Shown: in pieces, positions 1 to 11,973 of the stretch | Layout: each line of letters starts with the position of its first letter | How positions within the stretch are numbered: position 1 is the first letter of the stretch | Assembly: GCF_022045235.1 (NCBI RefSeq) | Contig: NW_027266270.1 | Span: forward strand, 20,398,001 to 20,462,000 | Length of the DNA: 64,000 nucleotides | Source: Haliotis cracherodii | Lineage: Eukaryota | Direction: 5' to 3' | Translations under genes and position numbers: made by a program | Notes under the pieces: generated by a model | What the model was told of the DNA's origin: nothing | What the model saw: only the letters and a program-made list of their open reading frames with translations | The model's database searches: none

Positions 1-120
1 AGCAATATCACGGCGGGGGACACCAGAAATGGGCTTCACACAATGAACCCATGTCAGGAATCAACCCGGGTCTTCGGCGTGATGAGCAAACGCTTTAACC
101 ACTAGGCTACCCGACTGACC
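1..120 (-). mobile_element. tRNA(Asp-like)-headed SINE family A, partial at window edge
   Basis: Reverse complement of the 15020-15179 copy. Confidence 0.85.
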
Positions 121-521
121 AATGGGGCAATGAGTGACATATTGTCATGTCATGTGTACATACTCAGCGATAACTCATCACTTCCTTCACATGAAAAGGA
201 ACCAACTGGTATCTTGTGCCCATCATTCTTGCAGTAGCAATTGTTCAGCTATGTGATATGACAGTATATTCAGCCATGTGATATGACAGTATATATACCA
301 AACACGAAAATTAAGGATCATGAATTAATTAATTTCTGCATCAGTGAGATACAACAAACATCACATGCAGACTACACTACTGGTTGACGGACCACTTTCA
401 CAAAGGGATCTCAGCATCAAGACAATCAATCGTAAGCCCATTAATCTGACCAACACCAAATTTACAGCTTTGATTCCTTTGTGAAAGTGAGGTCTGTGAT
501 ATTTTCCCAATCTGGACTTAC

Positions 522-584
522 CCTCTTGACCGGCCCATACACTTCAAACTCTCTCCTCAGTTTCGACTCGCTTGTGTCATAGTT
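522..584 (-). CDS. snRNP70: U1-70K internal coding exon ([21 protein letters not shown])
   Basis: ctgtttgcag|AACTATGAC...AAGAGG|gtaagt, 63 nt, phase 0/0. Nearly identical to human [21 protein letters not shown]. Confidence 0.97.
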
Positions 585-999
585 CTGCAAACAGAGAATT
601 CCTGGTTAGACCAATGTCATAAAAAATGCTGTGAAGAAACACAGATGTAACAAAGGTTAAAAAGTCCATTTGGAAGCATCTTATATTAAGGCTGACCTGG
701 TGATCAGAAAAAGTTCTTAAAAACATAAAAGTCTTCCCCATGGGAATAATGTTGATGATATTGTCTCTAAAGGAAGAAATAATACCCAAACTCTGACAAA
801 ATGACAAATGTGCACACTTTGATATGACAAGGTATATAAAATATTGAGATTTCCAATAACCTCAAACATTCTGAAAATATTAAACAGAATAATCAGTTTC
901 AGATTTTCTTTTCGCATATTCCAAGGCCAACCTGGTAGGAAGCACAGATTCAGACTATGGCCCTGAAATATGCAGATCAATCATACCCAACTCAGAATC

Positions 1000-3900
1000 T
1001 GTCACCCAGACCCAGCCAATACCTACATCAATCAAAATCAGGGGTCCTCAAAATTAAATTGGGAGAGAAAAGAAGCATCACTCCAACATGATAGTGAACT
1101 GAATATCCCTTTCCCCATGAATCACTGTCACATTGCCTAACCATGCACAGAACATATGATCAGTACCCAAATACTGATGAATGGTTTCTAAAGCAAATTA
1201 ATTTGATATTCTGCCATAATGGGTCCTGACATGAGGAAAAGATACTGGCACCAATATGCTTTGATGCTGAATGGGAGAGAGATGGGTTCATGCTTCTGTA
1301 AGAAGTATACAGTAAAATCCAGATCCTTCAACCGGAAACGATTATTCTTTTGGTCTTATCAACAACAATATTTAAGAATTGACTTCAATACTTTTTCATT
1401 TATATAAATAAAGAATGTAAAACACCAAAAGAATTCAAACAACTAGCCTCTATGGCCTGCAGTATTCCCAGCCAGTAGCTCTTACAAGACTACCACCCAA
1501 AGGCTGGTGACCAAGCAAAAGGAAAACATAAAAACACATTAGCATTCTGTAGTAGTTATGGATAATATATTCCCCTCATCGATATCCACATATGTTTGAG
1601 GGATGAATGAAGAAGAAGTAGCATAAAAAACATTTCTGTGTGAGGTTTAGTTTTTATGACGTCTATTTGAGAATAATGACAAATCCAATATCCCCTAATG
1701 CACTTCCAACAACAGATTCCCCTAACACCAAAATATTTGTACAATGCTTTTATATACTGTGTCGCCATCAACCATCCCACAATAGGAACCAGTCAATCTA
1801 CAGAATCAATATCTTCAGCCTTCTGAAACACAGTACTCAGCTTGTCTGATTAACAAATAAGCAATTCATTGCAATCAATTATTTTGCGGTACAGAGCTGG
1901 GTGGATTTAGCTTATGCAGAGTTGATGAAGATGAAAGCTCTCTGCTCGGTGGGAGAGTCTCGGTGGTATTCTCGCCCACCACATCATGCCATCACAGAAA
2001 TATCAGTACAAGGTTTTTTAACCCAACAAGTATAACTAAAAAGTATCTGTGTGTATTTAAGTGGCATTTTAGAAGCTGCAGTATCAACAAAAAGGGTAGC
2101 AGCATCTGTACCAAAATGTTGCATTAAAAGAATGAGGAAGTTGAAATCATCTTCAACACAAGGTATAAAATTTTCTGCTTTAATGCTGAATAAAGACAGA
2201 CAGCTGAGATTTTATTAACAGGAAATTTCATGTTAATCCTATCAAGACTGTTTGATGATACCGATATACATAAACTCCCAAAACTCTAAGATAAACCTAT
2301 CTGATAAAGGAGAAGTTGGAGGCAATAAGTTGAGTATTGTGTATATTCACCAGTTGCAACTTTAACATAATTCCACTCCTATCAAATCCAGAGATGGGAT
2401 AAATTACCATAACATCCAATGTAAATGACCATTAAGGATGATTTACACCACCATGCTGCTCCACAGAACAGATGCCATTTCAAGATCACCTTCTGCTGTG
2501 TCCCGACCAGTGGTCTGTTTATTTTGGGTAGGAACAGATGGTCTGAAGGAGAAACATTACCCATGAGGTGATACTGGGGATAACAGGTAGTAGCTTTATG
2601 CTGAGTCAAGTTACTACAATGTTGCAACCCCATGTGACAATACAATGCTCAGTTTAGTTACCATGATGTATCTAGAAGATGCTCAGCGATGTTACAACAT
2701 TGAAACTCCATACTGCTATGAGTTGATGCTTAGTCAATAAACTATGATGTGGAAACACTATACAATGTTGCAATAAAAAAGTCAATTCCAATTAGGAAAA
2801 CAACGTTGAAAAATGTTTAACTTGAATATCCATGAGTTATGGAATCATAATGCTATATTCCCTGGTGCTACAGTTTCAACACCACTGCATGTGATCCAGC
2901 CACTCAGCTCAGGAGAGCGTGGGTTGGGAGATGTATTCATGCAATGGTTTCACTCTTCAATCCTCAAACAAGCCTGTTTTTGTTATCAGTGACATGACCT
3001 TGTTTGTTTTATACTACTCAACATTTGTCAAGGGCCACCTTTGATGAAAGAAACACATTATTCTTGTCCTTGGAAACTGTTGAGCAGTATACATTCATCA
3101 TCCAGCTGCTGTTGTCACACTGTAAACGTGTCACACTGCTTTTAAGGTCATGGTCAAGGGCACCAAAAGCGAAATGGGGAGAACTCAATTTGTGCATGAC
3201 AACCAAGTGCATGAGCCACTTGCCCACCCCCTCCAGCATTTCATTTGTGTCTGCTCCAATTATTTCTGCAATCTTCAGCTACAGCAAGAAACAAGCAAGG
3301 TTCCCAGATACATGAAACCAGTTGACCAGAGTCATCAAATTCAGAGGATATTGGCCAATTTCACCACAATCTCTGGCACATTTAATGAAGTCTTTAACAT
3401 TTTTTTCTTGCTGGCCAAAAATGCATTCTTTTTCAGTCTGGTGCATCCATCCAAAAACTGCTAATCAATCTTGTACCTATCCTGCTATTAAACCGAACAT
3501 GAAAAACGTCTCTTTCCTGCGTAATCAGGCTTTTCATGTCGTAATAAGCATTGATCCATGAGATTTGGGCTCTGTTTTTACACTTAACTGCAGAATTATC
3601 CTTGCATGTGTAGACAATTAAGGCTTCCTTGGGGTAATATCCTCCAAAATTTTACAAAAATATTCCCATTTGCATTTAATGATTGGAGAAAATTTGTCTG
3701 TTTAATGCAGGAACAACAACTGGGACAAGAAGTTTTCTTTTCATCTTAGGATGATAATGGAGGGCCACTTAGCTAGTTTATCTCTAAGGAGCTGACTTGA
3801 GACGGACATTCAGTCTATCTACAGTGGTGATTGACAACCATGTATTCAAAGATCCAATCCTTCCTCAGTGATAACAATATCTGCATTACAAGATCACTTT

Positions 3901-5700
3901 CAGCATTACGTTGGATTATTTTCTTAAATGAAGAAACATTTCTTTCAGAACTGCCTTCTCGTGTAGGTTTGGCTTTCACGTAAAGGAAAAACCTGTTTCC
4001 TGATGGAAGTTCATCTCTTTGCAGATTCTCTATTCAAAACATCCTCCTCTGATTATGTTTGAGAAATAAAAAATTGTAAAGAATCTTTTTAACCCCTGAT
4101 CCTGAGTTCTCCAACTTGGTGTAACAATGATCAATCATCACCAGTGAAAGAGTCAACTGAATTGTACACTGCCTGGCATACTGGAACTGAGGAGGTGCTT
4201 TTTGGCGAGTCTAGATTGCTTTAACGATGGCGGTTCTGATAAGACGCTGTCCACCCTGAAGTCAGAATTACTCTTAAGCCAGGGCAAATGCTTCATGTCA
4301 CCAGTGGAATCTCCTACAGGCTGAAGAAGCGACTACACACTTGACAGAGTTAGTCTCAGTGCTGTGAATGTGCCAGTCTTCTGGTGATGTAATCGGCTGT
4401 TTGCCATGCTGCTTATGCACACTGCTCTCAAGTGTCTGAACACATTACACATTTGGAACCGAATCAGGAGGGCCTTCACCTTCACTAATTAAATTGTTGG
4501 TGAAGCAAATGTTAATGGTCTGTTTAAGCAAAGCAGTTTGACAGAATCATGGAAGAAAATTGGAGGGAAATGTCAGAAAGTCACCGAAGAAAGATTTGTG
4601 AATTTATGCGAAAGTGACCTGGTGACAACACAAAGCAAACCAGGTTGCAACAAATGGAGGTATTGAAAGAGGCTCCTTTGATCTTGGCAATGAAGTGGTA
4701 AAAAAGACCACGGCAATGTTGTTGATAAACACAATGGTTCTGAGACAAAGACTTCGGGGAACACTAAGATTGATGATGATAATAAGTATCTGCCAGTGAT
4801 AGACCTAGGACTCATCAAAGCAAGTCCGGATATAGAGAGTGAGTGAGCGGGTTGGGTTTAATGGTATTTATATTATATCCCAGTGTGTAAGTCCAGGTGG
4901 AAAGCCCTAAAAGATGCCAGTCTCTGTAGAAACCCAGTTGGATGGGCTGACTGGCATGGTTCCCAATCAGGCTCAAAGGGATTCAAACTCATCATCAGTG
5001 GATCCTGGCCAAGGGGAACAACTCAGAACAGCAAGTTGGTGCCTCGGGTGGCAGGACATGCCTCAAACTTACCAACTGGCTGAAAGGTTCATCAATGAAG
5101 ACCTACAAAAAGTTGCCTGTTGCTGCTATGTACCACCTGAAATGATGAGTTCACCATCACAGCTGTGATCATCAATTTTATCCTCATGATGTGAATATCA
5201 GAGCAAAAAATATCTGGCAAATCTTAAAAGTAAACAATGATGTTCCTTCTCTTGGATTCGTCTTCTTCCTGTACTGAACAGTTCCTCAATCTCACATCAA
5301 CCTTTTCCTGCTCAACCAGGGAGTGCGTGTTTACATGAAGGATTTCCATCAGCTTCTATTTTTTAACCAGCTGAACCTAATTAGAGACAATCAGCATTAT
5401 ACTCAACCTCACTGGATGTTTTCTAACAGCTCGGAACACTTGTGTAATGCCTCATGTCTTGGCAAACAAATACCCTCACATGCGATGGAAGCACTTCTAG
5501 CGCTTCCTGTTTACTGTATAAGGTTAATAAATGAAGTTGATGTTTTGACAGACCGCCATGTTCACAGTTTCTGAACTGTGGTCTGGATTTTACAGGATGC
5601 AAATGTTGCTTCATACACTCAAAAAGACTTAAGAACCACCCGATTCTTTCCCATTACTACAGGTAATTTGTCATAGAAAACTGACGTTTCATATTTACAT
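1000..5700 (-). mobile_element. Heavily decayed LINE (APE-RT non-LTR retrotransposon)
   Basis: Frameshifted remnants in the expected order on the minus strand: Cys/His-rich ORF1-like start (~5560-5430), LDDEC (~3100), SLDRINMKF resembling KAFDR (~2250), YKYFGVR..ALGDIG (~1740-1685), RISN..LET and Zn-knuckle-like end (~1210-1085). Confidence 0.5.
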
Positions 5701-5769
5701 TTTATTACTTGCCCGTGAAGAGATCACCCGTTTAATAAACATACAGCTTTATTACACATTGTGTAATAC

Positions 5770-6010
5770 CAAAACGCGTGCTTATGTACTCTCCGAACAC
5801 GTTTCACGAACAGATATTGAAAGCTCTCAACATCCCTTGGCGTATTCAACGACATTGTGTGTGGAGATGATAGATCACTGGGAGGAGCTTATGCACACTC
5901 GATGACCTCAGCAACCTTGTTGCTAGGCTGACGTCACATTGCTTTGACTCGCCGATGGATCTTGCAACAAAATTCCAGAAATTACGTCATCGGTTATTGT
6001 GACGTCAATG
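5770..6010. promoter_or_regulatory. CpG-rich patch with clustered CRE/ATF motifs
   Basis: TGACGTCA at 5929-5936 and 6000-6007, TTACGTCA at 5982-5989. Confidence 0.4.
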
Positions 6011-6313
6011 TAAACTTTGAGCTGCAAGGCCCCGTTCCACAAGGCGATCATACTCTAGCGCAACGAGAGTCTTTAGTCTAAGTTAAATTATGTGAGTTGT
6101 GATAGCCTTAGCACTACGATAATTTTGTGGGACGAACGCCTGAATTCTAAAGGTGGACCATTGTATGATATTAAATTCATACGTTTCAACTTTTGACGTG
6201 TTTGAAGTATTATTCTGTTAAACTCAATTGGATTATGCCATGGATCGTGTAGGTGTCAGCCTATTTACTCTCAACAGTATAATTCTAAAAACATTATAAA
6301 TGACAAGTAATAA

Positions 6314-6463
6314 ATAAAATACTAAACTCGCTCTCGTGTAAAAACAATTTTATGAAACTCGTGAATAGTTGTGGTATCTGACTCGCTTTCGCTCGTCAGA
6401 TACCAGAACTATTCACTCGTTTCATAAAATTGGTATTACACGGGAGCTCGTTTAGTATTCTAT
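6314..6463 (-). repeat. ~150-bp imperfect palindrome (foldback element)
   Basis: ~72-bp arms around a 4-nt loop at 6387-6390. Confidence 0.92.
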
Positions 6464-6512
6464 ATATGTACATGCACAAGCTTGTGCATACGAAAGATGT
6501 TTGTGTAAACAG

Positions 6513-6908
6513 TAGGGCTGGGACGGATAACTCAGGTACTCGGGTCGGTGGGTACTGAGTAGGAACCGGTTCCCATAGGACTACCCGGACCTGTGGTTAG
6601 TCATGTGATATATTGTTTAATGGCAAACTTATCTAGAATGGTTATGCTACTAGTCACAAATGTTCACATTTCTTTCTGACTATCCACACATTCCTTCTGA
6701 CTTTAAGTGTTTGAATAAAGATAAAACTTCAGTCAACCTCAGTGTATTCATGACAAGTTCGTTTTATACTTGTATCTAAATACATTTTGCGAGTGTTACT
6801 GTCAAACCATTCCCAATTTGACATTTGTACCCATCTCTTGAGACCTACAGCGGATATCCGGGTAGGGTTGGGTAATAGGGGGGTGGGTACCCAGGTAGTA
6901 AAAGCCTG
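6513..6908. mobile_element. hAT-like MITE remnant (TAGGGCTGGGAC end); related end at 29750-29825
   Basis: Shared tagggctgggac start and ggtaccc subterminal repeats. Confidence 0.5.
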
Positions 6909-6978
6909 AAGTGATGTAGGTCTCAGAAGTTTACCACTTCGGTGAAACCAACAAGCTGACAATCATAGAAACATAATA

Positions 6979-7085
6979 GGGGCGAAACGGGATTCGAACC
7001 ATCAATCATAGGTTTCTAGCGTGCCCTAGGGACGCAACTCTACACAGCGAATCGCGGCGCCTTAGATGACTGAGCCACCCGTGCC
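6979..7085 (-). pseudogene. tRNA-Leu-like pseudogene or SINE head with internal insertion
   Basis: TGGCTCAGTCATCTAAGGCGCC...GGTTCGAATCCC. The acceptor stem does not pair. Confidence 0.5.
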
Positions 7086-7261
7086 ACCTTATACTACTGA
7101 AATAGTTGTAACCACATTGTATCTCTCAGTATCAACTGACAACATTAAAGACACAGATGTATTGGCAGTGACTGTACGATCAAATAAATGCATAATACTG
7201 GATGTGATACATAAAGTCTGAAAAACATACTCAATGCATTGCAACTATGCTCAATATGATA

Positions 7262-7474
7262 AAGATCTTCAGCAACCCATGCTTGCCATAAGAGGCGGCC
7301 AACAGGATTGTGTGGTCAGGCTCTCTGACTTGGTTGATGCATGTCATTGTATCCCAATTGTGTAGATCGATGCTCATGATGTCAATTACTGGATAGTCTG
7401 GTGCAGACTCGATTATTTACAGTCTGCCATCATACAGCTTGAATATTGCTGAGTGCGTCGTTACACAACAAACA
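7262..7474 (+). mobile_element. SINE family B, slightly 5'-truncated
   Basis: cttcagcaacccatgcttg...gaatattgctgagtgcg..acaacaaac. Confidence 0.88.
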
Positions 7475-8379
7475 ATATCAATACTTTCTAATACAATCAT
7501 ACACTCTGATACATCACTCTGTGATGCAACATACCCTCAGAGATACAATCATACACTTTGCGATACAATGACCAGTGACAAAGGCATACTGCGGGATACA
7601 ACCATACTGTCTGTGACAAAGCAATACTCTCTGTGACAAAGCGATACTGTCTGTGACAAAGCGATACTCAAAGCGATACTCTCTGTGAGTGTCATTCCAC
7701 AGCCTCTCCACACCTAACGATCATGTTCATCTCTCACTCAAACACAATGAGGATGCTTGTTCCAATCTGACCACTAGATCAATCCAAGTGTCCACTCACT
7801 TCGATGACTGCCCACCATGGCTGCTACCAAATATTGGTCAATTGTGTTTCTGGCAACTGGACATACATCACAAGGGTCATCTTTCATGGCTGCAGCAATT
7901 CTTCAGGGCAGACAACTGCCTGCTTTCTGACTTATCAATCAATCGCCAAGCAAACTATCTTAGTTCTAATAGCTAATGGTAGAAGTGAAGGCAATCGAGC
8001 TAGATGCTGATAAATACCGCAATTAACAAGACCTCTCGGAAGGACAATTGTCAATGACATCTTCAAGTTGTTAGCCAGTAATCTGCAGACAATTTTAGTC
8101 AGCTTGGTCTTACATAGGTAATCAGGCGGACACAACAACGTCTGTTTGTGAACAGACATCAAATAAGGGACTTTCCCCATCCATTTGTGTTGCTCAGGGC
8201 AACATCTGCAGTTGGGTCACGAATCCCAGAATCCTCTGATTCTCTATCAGACAGCCTCAATTTATTTCAGATAAATTCACTTGTGATTAGAAGCACACTG
8301 GTTGTGATCGGTCCTATATGTGGCGCTGACAGCACACTTTCTCGGACCAACAAATAAGGTGCCGAGCCTTGGGCTCTGG

Positions 8380-9680
8380 TTACTTCAATTTTCAACGGTT
8401 TTACCCTAAACGCCATCACAATGGGCTTGTTTTTAGGTGATAATTTACCTTGAATTTGGTGAAAAAATTTCCAACACCTTGTATGAAGACTAATGAGGTA
8501 CTACCTGGAAATCTGATCAGCAGCAGAACCCTTGGGAACTGATCAGGGACAATGGAAATTTGTTTCTTTCCCACAATCAAATTTATCATTACATCTCAAG
8601 ATAGTGTTTTCAGTATCTAATGATTAAGTATAAGAGCCCAAATCTGGTTCATTTCAATCAGTTAAGGTTTCAATGTGTGGCTGATGATCACTGCTGCAGG
8701 AAAGAATAGTTCAATGCAACATCGGGGCAAATGTTCAATGCAACATCGGGGCAAATGTTCAATGCACTAATTTGTACCAGCAAAAGAACTTGAAATTGTA
8801 TTTCAAAATGTGTGAGATTAGTATTGATAAGTGGAGTAAAACCAAAGTTACATCAGGGTGGGGGACACCAGGAAAGGACGTTACACACAGTATGCATTTG
8901 GGGAATAGAACCTGAACCTGGACCTGGGACATTGCTGAGTGCGGCGTTAAACAACAAACCCACCAACCAATCATATCTTGATATGTCACATTACTGTACA
9001 TGACCACTTAGTGGTCTCTAGGCGTCAGCATTGAAATATCAAAGACAAGTGTAAAAGCACATTCTATTGGCTGATGTGAAGGAATGTCTTGTTGCCATGG
9101 TGGCTGGTGTTCTGGATTCATCTCTTCTTAATGCGATATGAGAAATGTAGCCCGACACACTGATGGATTATTAATGATAAATAGTGATTATCATCATTCA
9201 ATATCATGTTACCAATTGTCCTTCTCTGAATGGAATTTTTTGCAATCTTTTCTTGTAGGGTTTTGTCAGCGGCAAGCAGCATTTTCTATTTGATGTCTCA
9301 AATTTTTAAACCTATCTATTTGTGTTCTCAATCTTTTTATGAAACTTAAAATTCCTGCAATGCAGATTTGAAAGATATTTCCTTCGGAATCTAATTGTTG
9401 ACCAACATTCAAATTACAATTTCCAACATATCAAAGCAATATTTCATTGACACAGGCTGTATTTTTCCAATGAATCAAATATGAATAAGTGTGTACTAAG
9501 TTTGAAAAGCCATATAGTCACATGCTTACAGATTTACGATGTGCTAACTTAGGGCTGCTACCCAGATCTACTATAGCGAGTGACATCTTTGCAGAGCGCC
9601 TTGGAACACAGGCCTGGAGACGATGAGGTGTTTTTAGGAGAGTCTAGATTGCGTTAACGATGGCGGCTCTGTTGAGATGC
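8380..9680 (-). mobile_element. Fragments of related decayed LINE(s)
   Basis: HQIQGKLSPKNKPIVMAF (ORF1 HR..RPIIV-like) at ~8465-8410. 9625-9680 is similar to 4192-4250. Confidence 0.35.
8811..8915 (-). mobile_element. SINE family A, old fragment
   Basis: gggggacaccagg...cacacagt...ggggaatagaacc. Confidence 0.55.
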
Positions 9681-11653
9681 TTCATACTATTAGAGTTTTC
9701 TCAACAATTATTTCTCCGTGGGCTATAATGTTATCTCCCTCTGGATCAATACTATGTTCCCTATTAATTTTTAATGTTGTCGTATCCCAAAACTGTTACC
9801 ACTGTAGTGCAAGATTGATTTTTTAACACAGAGCAGAGTTGAAATCTTGACAAAATGCTCAACTGTGGGAGCAGATTACTTAATTACAGGATTCTTTCCT
9901 CATATCTTCTCTACATATCACTTTCATGACTTAGCCAACGATCAATACAGACACTCAGTGCAGACACTTGAGTCCTAAGACTGCCGACATAAATACTAGA
10001 GAAAACTGATGTCTTGCCTCTAATGTGCCCTTCCTGTGTGAACGGTGGTTTATTGTGTGATGGCTATTGTATGTGACTGTTTCCATGTGGCTGATGAGCT
10101 AATCACTTGCTACAGAAAGCATGTGCTGCGTTAAGGACAGATCAAACAGCAGATCAAAGCTCTCTGTTGTAATCGTTTGTCCTGACACCTAAGACTTGCA
10201 ACTTGATAACATGGGTCTCTTTGGTTTTGAAACTACAGCAATCTTTTCAAAAGAAACACATCAGGCGACAAGTCAACTAAAATATTACAAAGAAATGTTT
10301 TTATCCCCTTAAATCAACATACCCATGTTTCTACCAACCTTAGAGTGCAAGAAAAATCAACACTTGCTGGTATATCCTTCTAATCAATCACATATCAATT
10401 CCCCATAACTGACTTAGAAAAGAAAACATTCTGAAAGCCATAACCCCTTTTGAGGGCTCTCCACACCAATTTTTTTCGAAATATTTTCAGCCTGACATCT
10501 GTTTGTCGGAATTTGAATCCAAGTGCAATTAGGGCTTGTAAAATATGCCACTTCACTCTTGGAAACTTGCCCCTTTGCATGAGGTTCTTCAAGGTGTTGA
10601 TGGACGACACAGCACCAAGACACCCATAATGAAGACATTCTCAGCATCACCTCCAATCTAACAGGATGCTTCAAACAACACTTCAACATCAAATTAGCTG
10701 GTAAATTTGGTTTTGTCAGGAAAGAATGTCAACCACAGCTACTGGTGTTAGCTATGATTCACGGTAGGGGTAGGAAGGCACACCAGGTCAGCTTGGCTGT
10801 TCCAGGTCACAATGTTAGGCGCAAGCATGACCCCAGTGCTTCAGTGAACTAGGATCAAATGACCCCCCCTCCCACTTTTCCAAAAAAATACACATACCCT
10901 TTCTCCAGATATTTTAAACCATTTGATATTAACAAACCTGTCGAGGTATTTCTGAAACCTAGTTCCATATTCTGTAAACCTGGCCCTGTATTCTAAGCAT
11001 TGGAGCATGGCGAACTTTTCCCCATACATTACCATGTGCACACCCCTGAAGCGCAACTGCTTGTGCTACAAGACACAATCACCTGTTATCTCTAGGATTA
11101 TCACTTCTAATTGACCTCTCCTACCTGCTCTTTGCAACACTGGGAAGAAATCCATCTCTGCAATCAATGTGAGTAACGCAAGCAAGTGTGTGTTTCCCCA
11201 CAAGCCATCAATAGCTCTTGAGAAAATCCTTCTTTCTTTCATTGTTAATGCTAACCCGTCGGTAAGGGTATCAACAAATTAGCACCACTCGTAAAGATTT
11301 TTTACCGGTAACGATTCATCTTATACTAATTACAGGACTTGTGTGAACATTTCAGTTTGTAGTTGAATTCAATACAGACAGTAGGTGCTAATTGGGGAGA
11401 GCATGACTGAGCTGACGCAGTAACACACGTATCAAATACCAGGGTCACATGACAGAAACATACCTATCATTGAGAGATGAGTGATTATATTTTAGATAAA
11501 AACAGATTAGACAAAATGTGAATGATTTTCTTTTTGCCTATTAAGAAAAATGCTCACATACTGTTATCCATACCAGGATCTAGGTTTTCATGTCAGTATT
11601 TTTTAATATAGTATTTAGCAAAGAATAGCCAATTATAAAAACAGGGCCTTAGG

Positions 11654-11973
11654 TAGGGATGTCATCGAATATCATGACACTGAAGCTGCAATTGATTCAA
11701 ACTTATGAATATCGATACTAAAATAACAATTCATGGCCACAGAAATCATTAACATTACCATGATTAACATGGACAATGTAAAAGGAAAAAATTCAATTTT
11801 AAATATATATTGGATCAGTCTAGTTCATATTCAGCACTAACTTTATCAATTGCAGGTCTTTAGGTAATGATTTATTTTTACACATACCGAATAATTCATT
11901 TTAGTAATCAATATGTCATGATATTTCTGAGTCAATATATTGACACAAAATTTCCAATTAATGACTCCACTAG
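11654..11973. mobile_element. Decayed hAT-like MITE
   Basis: Imperfect TIR tagggatgtcat / atgactccacta. Confidence 0.4.

Noticed and set aside
10091-10125. CTGATGAG hammerhead-like cores (also ~60250 and ~60546)
   Set aside because: No properly placed GAAA with stems II and III.
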